Assembly: GCA_016200585.1 (NCBI GenBank)
Contig: JACQEN010000188.1
Span: 105 to 64,104 of the forward strand
Source: Deltaproteobacteria bacterium
Lineage (GTDB): Bacteria > Desulfobacterota > Binatia > HRBIN30
Direction: 5' to 3'
DNA length: 64,000 nucleotides
This document shows, in pieces, positions 9,557-17,169 of this stretch (position 1 is the first letter of the stretch; every line of letters begins with the position of its first letter). The notes under the pieces are model-generated. The model did not search any database, had not been told where the DNA came from, and saw only the letters and a list, made by a program, of their open reading frames with translations. The translations under genes and the position numbers were made by a program.

Positions 9557-11029
9557 ATGATATGCCGGTGTGCCATACAGCTCTCAAGCGATGCCAGGGT
9601 CTCACGACGCGTATTCCCGTCACGGCACCTTCTCCTCCCGTTTGTACTGTCGGCTCTTTTCTTTGCCGGGTGCGGCTCCGAAGCGCCGGTCGAATCTTCG
9701 ACGTCTCGGTCGCCCGGCTATCACACCGACGGCCACATTTTGCGCGACGGACAAGGGCGCGCGATCATCTTGCGCGGCGTCAACCTGCCCAATGATTACG
9801 ATCAGCGCGGACCCGACAAGCAAGTGCGGCCGCCGGCCGAGGTCTTTCACCACATCGCCGACTCGGGCTTCAACGCCGTGCGCTTGGTCATCGAATGGTA
9901 TCAGATCGAAGCGCAGCAGGGAGTCTACAACCAGGCCTACCTGGAGCTGGTGCGACAGCATGTCCAGTGGGCACAGGAAGCTGGGCTGTTTGTCTTCGTC
10001 GACATGCACCAGGACCTCTTCGGCCGTGGCTTTGGCGGCGACGGTGCGCCGTATTGGGCTTGCGATCAATCGTACTACGACAGCTACAAACCCGGCCCGG
10101 TGTTCATTCTTAACTACCTGTCGAGCCAGGTGCGGGCGTGCTTCCAAAAATTCTGGAGTACTCCGGCGCTGCGCCACAGTCACCAGTCGGCGGCGCGCGC
10201 TGCCGCCGAGCTCATCGCCGGCTACGATCATGTACTCGGCTTCGATACGTTCAACGAACCCTCTCTCGGTACGGCCGCAATTCCTGTCTTCGAGCCGTCG
10301 TTGCTGTTGCCGTTTGACGAAGAGTTTGCCGCCTTCGTCGGCGAAGCGATTCCCGGACGCGCCTACTTCTTCGAGCCGACGTTCAGCTTCACCGTGTCGC
10401 GGCAGTGCTTCTTTGAAGGTCCGGTGACCGCCTTCACCGGCGTGTTTGCGCCGCACTACTACAACCCCAGCGTCGAGGGCATGCAGCTGTGGGACGGCGA
10501 CGCAAGCGCCGTGCACGACGTCGTCGCCCTCGCGGCGGACACGGCGCAGCGGCTGCAGGTGCCGTGGATTCTGGGTGAAATGGGCGGCTCGAAATTTACT
10601 CCGAACCTCTCGGAGTATCTGTTCACGTTGTATGGGGAGCTGGACCGGCAGATGGCCGGCGCTTTTCTGTGGCTGTACGAGAAGGGCGACAACGGCTTTC
10701 ACTTGATCGACCAGGCGACCAACGACTGGACCCCGCACGCGCGCGCCTTCCTGCGACCCGTGCCGTCCTTGGTCGCCGGCACACCAACCGCCTTCACGTG
10801 GGACTACGCCGGCGGCGTTTTCCGATTTTCATGGGATGCCGATCCGACTGCCGGGCAGACCGAAATCATTCTGCCTGCGTGGATCGTCCACGTCGGTTTC
10901 GAGGTCAGCGTGAACGGTGCGCCTGTCACTCCTCAGCTCAACGCACGCGGCAACCGCTTGATCCTCCCCGCCGGCCGGCGCGGCTCGACGACGCTCGAGA
11001 TGCACGTCGACGGTCCGTACCCGGGCTAA
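9557..11029 (+). CDS. Glycoside hydrolase family 5 lipoprotein (endoglycoceramidase/cellulase-like)
   Basis: Lipobox LSALFFAGC, ILRGVNL, FNAVRLVIEW, VFVDMHQDLFG...GDGAPYWAC, catalytic-type FNEP and GEMGG motifs. Confidence 0.8.
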   Translation: MICRCAIQLSSDARVSRRVFPSRHLLLPFVLSALFFAGCGSEAPVESSTSRSPGYHTDGHILRDGQGRAIILRGVNLPNDYDQRGPDKQVRPPAEVFHHIADSGFNAVRLVIEWYQIEAQQGVYNQAYLELVRQHVQWAQEAGLFVFVDMHQDLFGRGFGGDGAPYWACDQSYYDSYKPGPVFILNYLSSQVRACFQKFWSTPALRHSHQSAARAAAELIAGYDHVLGFDTFNEPSLGTAAIPVFEPSLLLPFDEEFAAFVGEAIPGRAYFFEPTFSFTVSRQCFFEGPVTAFTGVFAPHYYNPSVEGMQLWDGDASAVHDVVALAADTAQRLQVPWILGEMGGSKFTPNLSEYLFTLYGELDRQMAGAFLWLYEKGDNGFHLIDQATNDWTPHARAFLRPVPSLVAGTPTAFTWDYAGGVFRFSWDADPTAGQTEIILPAWIVHVGFEVSVNGAPVTPQLNARGNRLILPAGRRGSTTLEMHVDGPYPG

Positions 11030-11101
11030 GTCCTTTCGCTTTGCGTTCTCGGAGCCGTGCCTCGCATCACCAAAACATCTGACCTGCGTCATACAGATCA
11101 T

Positions 11102-11124
11102 CCGACCGGTCGGTAGGATGGCGG
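11102..11124 (+). promoter_or_regulatory. Conserved 23-nt element, copy 1 (CCGACCGGTCGGTAGGATGGCGG), upstream of and into the start of NarG-like paralog 2
   Basis: 20/23 identical, ungapped, to 17105-17127. The 5' half is the perfect palindrome CCGACCGGTCGG. Confidence 0.4.
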
Positions 11125-13967
11125 CTGCGATGGCTCGCGGATTCACACGGCGTGACTTCCTACGCGCAACTGGTGCAGCAACCGTAGCGCTCGGACTGAC
11201 GCGTCTGCAGTTCGTCGGCATGGCGCAAGGACAAGTTGCCGGACAGGCGGTGCCGGGTGCGCTTCCAGAATATCGCGCTTGGGAAGATCTGTACCGCCAG
11301 CGCTGGGTCTGGGATCGTGTCGCTCGCGGCACGCACACGATGACCAATTGCGTTTCCGGCTGCGCCTGGGATCTCTACGTCAAGGACGACATGGTGTGGC
11401 GCGAGGAACAGAAGTCGCCGTACACCGCTTCGTCTCCCGGCTTGCCCGACTTCAACCCGCGCGGCTGCCAGAAGGGTGCGTGCGGTTCAAGCTTGATGTA
11501 CTCGCCGTCACGCGTGCGCTATCCGCTGCGGCGCGTCGGCGAACGCGGCGAGGGACGCTGGCAGCGCATATCGTGGGACGAGGCGTTGGCGGCGGTAGCG
11601 AAAGACATGGTCGATGCGATCGACAAGGAAGGTCCGGCCTCGGTGCTCTGCGAGCTCGGACCGAACATTGGTGCCGGACCGAACAGCGCCGCACCGATTC
11701 GCTTCTTCCGCATGCTCGGCTCGCCGGCGACCGATTCGATGGCGCAGATCGGCGACCTTTCCGTCGGCGCGACCATTACGCTCGGCAACGGGCACCCGTG
11801 CGGCTCTTCCGACGACTGGTGGCGCTCGTCGTATCTCGTGCTGTGGGCCTTCAATCCGTCGGCAACGCGCATTCCCGACGCGCACTTTCTCTACGAAGCA
11901 CGCTACCGCGGCGCTAAGCTGGTGACGATTTGTCCCGATCTCAACAACAGCAGCATCCACGCCGATCTGTGGCTCAACCCGCGTCCGGGAACCGATGCGG
12001 CGCTCGCACTCGGCGCCGCACAGGTGATTGTTTCGGAGAACCTCTACAACACCGCGTACGTCGCCGAGCAAACGGATCTGCCGCTGTTGGTGCGCAGTGA
12101 CAACAACCGCTTCGTGCGTGAGTCCGACCTGAAGAAGGGCGGTTCCGACAGCGCCTTCTACGTGTGGGACGCGGCGCGGAAGCAGGTCGTGCCGGCTCCG
12201 GGCAGCGGCAATCTCCAAAGCTTGGACAGCACCGGCATCAAGCCCGACGTGACCTTCAACGGAACGATGAGCATCGGCGGCAAGTCGGTCGCCGTGCGCA
12301 CCGTGTTCTCATTGTTGCGCGAGCGCCTCGACCGCGACTACCGGCCGCAGCAGGTGGCCGAGATCACCGGCGTGTCGGCGGCGGCGGTACAGCAGTTCGC
12401 GCGCGAGTTTGCCCACGCTCCGGCCGCCCTCATCCTGTCGCAGTGGGGTCAGTGCAAGTTCCTCCATGGGGATCTGGCGCAGCGCGCGCAGATTCTTCTG
12501 GCGTCGCTGACCGGAAATCTCGGCCGTGCCGGCGGCGGCTGGCGTGCCGGCGGTTTTTTTGCACCGGAAGGTTTTGCGTTGCTGGGCATGCAGGAGCAGC
12601 TCGGCTTGATGAACCTGGCGACGTTCGCGGCGAAGAACTATCTCGATCCGGCCAAGAGCGAGCAGTCGTTTTCGAGTTACTTCGTGCCCGGTTCGGTGTG
12701 GCACCAGGTGCACGGCGGCCTGGAGGATATCTCCGGCGACGCGCGCCACGGCGACCGAAGCTCGCCCCGTTCGCCAAAGGAATATCTGCACGAAGCGATC
12801 GACAAGAAGTGGTTTCCGGTGTTTCCAGCACCGGGCAAAGCGCCGCACGTCATCCTTTCGATCTTCGGCAATGTCCTGCGCCACTCGCGCAACAACACCA
12901 AGCTGCTCGAGACGTTGTGGCCGAAGGTGAAGCTGGTCGTCGATGTGAACTTCCGCCTGAGCGAGACCAGCCGCTGGTCGGACATCGTGCTGCCCGCTGC
13001 CTTTTGGTACGAGAAGGCCGACCTAAAATACCTGGCGTCGTTCATTCCCTACGTGCACCTCGGCGACCGCGCCGTTGCGCCGCTCGGCGAAGCCAAGCCG
13101 GAGTGGGAGATCTTCGCGTTGCTGGCCGAGGCCGTCGCCAAGGAAGCGCGCCAGCGCGATCTCAAACCGTACACCGACATCGCCGAGGCGCAGCGCGATG
13201 CACGGCGGCTCGACGAGGCGTTCACCGACAGCGGCCGGTTCGGTCCTAAAGACGAAGACAAAGCGCTCGAATTCGTGCTGACGTATTCGAGCCCGACCAA
13301 GAAAGTCTCGCTCGAGGATATGCGTACGGCCGGAGCCGTGCGCTTCCGCAGCACCGGTGCGCCGGGCGGCGCTGCCGGGTTCTACAGCGACTACTCGATG
13401 GACGAGCCGCTGGTGCCGCAGCGCTGGTTCGTCGAGAAGAAGCAACGCTGGCCGACACTTACCGGGCGGCAGCAGTTCTACGTCGACCATCCGTGGTTCC
13501 TGGAATGCGGCGAAGCACTGCCGGTCTACAAACCGCCGCCGCCGGCGGGCGGCGACTATCCGTTGACGCTCAGCGGCGGCCACACGCGCTGGAGCATTCA
13601 CTCACAGTGGCGCGATCACCGTCCGTTGTTGCGCCTGCAGCGCGGCGAGCCGGTGGTCTACATCAGCGAACGCGATGCCGCGGCACGCAACATCAACGAC
13701 AACGATCTGGTGCGTGTGCGCAACGACCTCGGTGCCTTTGTGCTGCGCGCCAAGATTGCGCGCTACGCCCAACCCGGCCAGGTGCTCGTCTACCACGCCT
13801 GGGAGCCGTACCAGTTCCGCGACGGACGCAGCGACCATGCGATCATCCCCAGCCCTTTCAAGCCGACGGCGTTGGTAGGCGACTACGGCCACCTGCACTG
13901 GGGGTACGCCCACTGGGAACCGAACCAGGTCGACCGCGACACAAAGGTCGAGATCGAACGGGTTTGA
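11118..13967 (+). CDS. NarG-like (type II DMSO-reductase family) molybdopterin oxidoreductase catalytic subunit, paralog 2, Tat-exported
   Basis: Twin-arginine signal MARGFTRRDFLRATGAATVALG. H73-x4-C78-x3-C82-x34-C117 FS0-like motif. NarG-like WEDLYRQRWVWDRV. C-terminal GGHTRWSIHSQWRD and YGHLHWGYAHWEPNQVDRD. ATG 11130 is an alternative start. Confidence 0.9.
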   Translation: MAAAMARGFTRRDFLRATGAATVALGLTRLQFVGMAQGQVAGQAVPGALPEYRAWEDLYRQRWVWDRVARGTHTMTNCVSGCAWDLYVKDDMVWREEQKSPYTASSPGLPDFNPRGCQKGACGSSLMYSPSRVRYPLRRVGERGEGRWQRISWDEALAAVAKDMVDAIDKEGPASVLCELGPNIGAGPNSAAPIRFFRMLGSPATDSMAQIGDLSVGATITLGNGHPCGSSDDWWRSSYLVLWAFNPSATRIPDAHFLYEARYRGAKLVTICPDLNNSSIHADLWLNPRPGTDAALALGAAQVIVSENLYNTAYVAEQTDLPLLVRSDNNRFVRESDLKKGGSDSAFYVWDAARKQVVPAPGSGNLQSLDSTGIKPDVTFNGTMSIGGKSVAVRTVFSLLRERLDRDYRPQQVAEITGVSAAAVQQFAREFAHAPAALILSQWGQCKFLHGDLAQRAQILLASLTGNLGRAGGGWRAGGFFAPEGFALLGMQEQLGLMNLATFAAKNYLDPAKSEQSFSSYFVPGSVWHQVHGGLEDISGDARHGDRSSPRSPKEYLHEAIDKKWFPVFPAPGKAPHVILSIFGNVLRHSRNNTKLLETLWPKVKLVVDVNFRLSETSRWSDIVLPAAFWYEKADLKYLASFIPYVHLGDRAVAPLGEAKPEWEIFALLAEAVAKEARQRDLKPYTDIAEAQRDARRLDEAFTDSGRFGPKDEDKALEFVLTYSSPTKKVSLEDMRTAGAVRFRSTGAPGGAAGFYSDYSMDEPLVPQRWFVEKKQRWPTLTGRQQFYVDHPWFLECGEALPVYKPPPPAGGDYPLTLSGGHTRWSIHSQWRDHRPLLRLQRGEPVVYISERDAAARNINDNDLVRVRNDLGAFVLRAKIARYAQPGQVLVYHAWEPYQFRDGRSDHAIIPSPFKPTALVGDYGHLHWGYAHWEPNQVDRDTKVEIERV

Positions 13968-14018
13968 GATCGCATTCTCAGCTGCTGCGGTTGGGGGGCT
14001 GGCGACCGCGACGATTGC

Positions 14019-16838
14019 TCACGGCAAGCAAACCAAGTCGATCAAATCGCCATCGTAGTGACCGGCGCTTGGGTAGAACCGCATGCGCAAACGCTGGCGC
14101 GTCTTCACCAGGTGCCCGCGACTCTTCCTCAACGGCACTTGGATCAAGGCTGGCTGCGAGCAAGTCGTGGTGGTGAGGGCTGGCGAGAACGGGAACTCCT
14201 TGATGGGACAATAGCCGTCGCCACTGCCGATTGTGGTGTCGCAATCGCTCGACAGGGAGCACAATTGCCCGCCGTTCGCGCCGATGCACGTCCCTTGGGA
14301 GGCGGCCCCAACGCTCAGGAGGGAGCTCACGAGTGCATCGCGGTTCCTCTTGTTGAGCTTTTTGTCTTGGGTCGACGGGCCTACGATCATCGCCTTCACG
14401 ACGTTGTTCTGTGAAGCGCAGGCAAAGCGCGTCTCGTGCACGTTGAAGCACATCGACAGCTGGAAGGTGCACGTGTTGTCACCAAGAGAATGGTCGCAAG
14501 ACGGGTCGTTGTTCTTGCACTCCAGGCGTTTGCCAGGCAGCCCTTTCGAATTCAGCGCCGCCGGCGCTTGGGTACACCACTCTTGCAGGCAATCGTTGAC
14601 CTCGGAGTTGCAATAGCCGGGATTGAGATCCGGCGAGTTGCCGGAGCAAAGCGTCGGCGTAGGACTTTGCGCCGGTGTATCTGTGGGTGTCGGCGTTGGC
14701 GTTGGCGAGGTGGAAGCGGTCGGCGACGGTGGACTGGTCGCTGTGTCCGTCGGTGTCGGTGTGCCCGTCGGTGTTGGTGTGTCACTTGCAAGAGGGGTGT
14801 TACTCGGCGTCGGCGTTTCGGTCTGCGTCGGCGAAGACGTATCGGTCGGCGTGACCGTAGGTGTGAACGTTGGCGTTGCCGTCGGTGTGTCGGTCGGCGT
14901 GTTGGTCGGTGTTGGGGGCAGGTACTCGTAGGTGACGCAGATCGTCGCGTTGGCCTGCGTCGAGGCCTGTGTGACGATATTCCCCGCACCTGTGGCCGAG
15001 AAGCTTGCGGTTGCCGTCACCGGGAGCGTGATGACTCCGGGGCCGACGAAATCGCTGACCGGCAGATACGGTGAGCGGACCGCGGTGTTCGACGCCGTCA
15101 CTCCGAGCTGCGTGGCTCCCGAAGTTCCTCCGAAATCGAGGTTGCCGTCGTAGGCGGAGAAATTGAAGTTGAGGTTGTTCGCCGGTAGGGCCACGACCAG
15201 GGGTAAGGTGGGCGGCGTCAGCGAGATCGTCCCTTGGCCGATTGCCGTGACGTTGGCCGGCGACGCATCGAGACTCTCGAGCTTGACGTCCTGAACGATG
15301 GTTGCCGAAACGGAGAGGTCGACGTGGTTCAGCGTGCCCAGCGACGGGTCGAACAAATTCAGATGAACGATATTACTCCAGTTGGTCGTGGTCAGCGAGA
15401 TGCTGTCACACGACACCTGCGTCGTGAACGGCGTGTTGGTTACCGTCGCCGTCTGCGTCGGTGTACCGCTTTGCGTCGGGGTCGAGGTGAAGGTGTTGGT
15501 CGCCGTGCGCGACGGTGTGGCGGTGCGCGTCGGGGTCTGCGTTGCCGTTTGGGTGATGGTCGGTGTGTTCGTCGGCGTATTCGTTAGCGTCGGCGTGTTG
15601 GTAATCGTCGGCGTGTTGGTGATGGTCGGTGTGTTGGTAATCGTCGGTGTGTTGGTGATCGTCGGCGTTTCGGTGATCGTCGGCGTAATCGTCGGCGTGT
15701 TGGTGTTCAATGGCGTATTGGTTGGCGTGCGTGTCCGCGTCGGCGTGCGCGTCGGCGTCTGCGTGCGCGTCGGGGTCTGTGTCGACGTATCGGTGGGCGT
15801 ACCTGTTTGAGTCGGGGTGCCGGTAATCGTTGGCGTGTTGGTGATCGTCGGCGTGTTGGTGATGGTCGGTGTCAGGGTGACGGTCGGCGTATCGGTAACC
15901 GAGGGTGTATTGGTCGGCGTGTTGGTGATCGTCGGTGTGTTGGTAATGGTCGGCGTATTGGTCGGCGTACGCGTCGGCGTTTGTGTCGGCACCAGCGTGA
16001 TCGTCGGGGTATTCGTCGGCGTTCTGGTCGGCGTCTGCGTGCTGGTGACGGTCGGTGTATTGGTGATGGTCGGCGTGGAGCTCGGAGTGCGGGTTGGCGT
16101 TTGCGTCGGCGTGTTGCTCGGCGTGAAGGTCGGTGTCGCCGGCTGATAGGTGTAGTTGACACAAACGGTAACCCCGGCCTTCGTCGACGCCTGGCTGACG
16201 ACGTTGCCGGCGCCACTGGTGCTGAAGCTGGCGACCGACGTGACCGGCATCGTAACGTTGCCCACGCCGCTGAAGTCGCTCATCGGGAGATACGGGGAGC
16301 GTGCTGCACTGCTGCTCGTGCTCACACCCAAGTCGGTGCTTCCCGACGTGCCGCCGAAATCCAGTGTGCCGTCGTAGGCACTGAAGTTATGGGTGACGAT
16401 ATTCGTGGGCGACGTCGCCAGGGTCGGTACCGTCGGCGGCGTCAACGTGATCGTCGCAACTCCGGTGCCGGTGACCGTTGCCGGCTGGGAGTCGAGGCTT
16501 TCCATTTTTACGTCCTGCACCATGGTCGCGTTCATGGTGAGGTCGACGTTGGTCAGGGTACCCAAGGACGGGTCGAATTTGGCGACCGTGACCGACAGCG
16601 ACCAGTTCGTCGTGGTGGAAGGAATGGTGTCGCAACTGGACTGCGTTGCCGCTTCGGCGGAACCGGCGAGCACGAGCGATCCGGCTACGAGCATGAGCAC
16701 GGAAACGATGCTCCCGACTGCTCGCCGCTTGAGCTCACAGTCGACCGGTTTGTTTGCAAGGCGACGCACTGCTTCGTTGTCAACGCACCGTCGCGCTGCG
16801 TCGTCGGAGATACAAATCGTTTTCGCTTTTGCGCCCAT
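14019..16838 (-). CDS. Secreted modular protein P2: two copies of a 164-aa NW...FDPSLGTL...[14 protein letters not shown] domain, two PT linkers, Cys-rich C-terminal module
   Basis: ATG 16838 preceded by GGGGG. Signal-like [26 protein letters not shown]. The duplicated domain is reminiscent (from memory) of choice-of-anchor-type domains of PEP-CTERM proteins. 15 Cys in the last about 209 aa. Confidence 0.75.
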   Translation of the reverse strand: MGAKAKTICISDDAARRCVDNEAVRRLANKPVDCELKRRAVGSIVSVLMLVAGSLVLAGSAEAATQSSCDTIPSTTTNWSLSVTVAKFDPSLGTLTNVDLTMNATMVQDVKMESLDSQPATVTGTGVATITLTPPTVPTLATSPTNIVTHNFSAYDGTLDFGGTSGSTDLGVSTSSSAARSPYLPMSDFSGVGNVTMPVTSVASFSTSGAGNVVSQASTKAGVTVCVNYTYQPATPTFTPSNTPTQTPTRTPSSTPTITNTPTVTSTQTPTRTPTNTPTITLVPTQTPTRTPTNTPTITNTPTITNTPTNTPSVTDTPTVTLTPTITNTPTITNTPTITGTPTQTGTPTDTSTQTPTRTQTPTRTPTRTRTPTNTPLNTNTPTITPTITETPTITNTPTITNTPTITNTPTITNTPTLTNTPTNTPTITQTATQTPTRTATPSRTATNTFTSTPTQSGTPTQTATVTNTPFTTQVSCDSISLTTTNWSNIVHLNLFDPSLGTLNHVDLSVSATIVQDVKLESLDASPANVTAIGQGTISLTPPTLPLVVALPANNLNFNFSAYDGNLDFGGTSGATQLGVTASNTAVRSPYLPVSDFVGPGVITLPVTATASFSATGAGNIVTQASTQANATICVTYEYLPPTPTNTPTDTPTATPTFTPTVTPTDTSSPTQTETPTPSNTPLASDTPTPTGTPTPTDTATSPPSPTASTSPTPTPTPTDTPAQSPTPTLCSGNSPDLNPGYCNSEVNDCLQEWCTQAPAALNSKGLPGKRLECKNNDPSCDHSLGDNTCTFQLSMCFNVHETRFACASQNNVVKAMIVGPSTQDKKLNKRNRDALVSSLLSVGAASQGTCIGANGGQLCSLSSDCDTTIGSGDGYCPIKEFPFSPALTTTTCSQPALIQVPLRKSRGHLVKTRQRLRMRFYPSAGHYDGDLIDLVCLP
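14649..14921 (-). repeat. PT linker 2 of P2 (in-frame low complexity)
   Basis: Translation is [43 protein letters not shown]... Confidence 0.9.
14922..15413 (-). repeat. Intragenic domain duplication, copy 2 (aa 491-654 of track ORF)
   Basis: Gap-free alignment with copy 1 gives 103/164 identical residues (hand count). Confidence 0.85.
15423..16145 (-). repeat. PT linker 1 of P2 (about 240 aa), including tandem 18-bp units at 15589-15708
   Basis: [18 protein letters not shown]... Five consecutive 18-bp units GTCGGYGTGTTGGTRATS on the + strand at 15589-15678, then degenerate units. Confidence 0.9.
16146..16637 (-). repeat. Intragenic domain duplication, copy 1 (aa 83-246 of track ORF)
   Basis: [28 protein letters not shown]... 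aligns with [28 protein letters not shown]... over the same length of 164 aa. Confidence 0.85.
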
Positions 16839-17104
16839 GGCTCTACCCCCGATCGCCGTTTCGGCTCCCCCCTCCCACGGCAACTACACTGCCCGGGCGA
16901 GTATCAACGGTGGTGACACAGCGTGTTTCATGCCACCTGCAAGATTTCTGATTTTTCGGATGAAGCGGTGCTCAGCGACGATTCTTGGCCGCTTCAACAC
17001 GTTCGGCGCGTACGTCTCTGAACACCGGGGCAATGCTTCCGTCGTCAGAGGCGCTCGCTGACATCCGTCACATGCTTCTCTGCCCTGCCGCATTCCGGAA
17101 TCTA

Positions 17105-17127
17105 CCGACCGAACGGTAGGAAGGCGG
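17105..17127 (+). promoter_or_regulatory. Conserved 23-nt element, copy 2 (CCGACCGAACGGTAGGAAGGCGG), 42 nt upstream of NarG-like paralog 3
   Basis: 20/23 identical to 11102-11124. Lies in the divergent intergenic region between P2 and paralog 3. Confidence 0.4.
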
Positions 17128-17169
17128 GTAGTATCGCGCTCTCGATGGCGCGCTGCTGGAGGTGTGAGC

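Noticed and set aside
15423-16145. Periodic short repeats that could superficially look like a CRISPR or other array.
   Set aside because: The units are 6-18 bp, contiguous, without unique spacers, and lie in frame inside a long ORF encoding TPT-type linkers. No cas genes are present.
16884-17169. Possible Moco riboswitch upstream of the molybdoenzyme genes (also 11030..11117).
   Set aside because: I could not find the conserved blocks I remember for the Moco motif, and my memory of the consensus is imperfect. I leave it as a test (cmscan RF01055) rather than a call.
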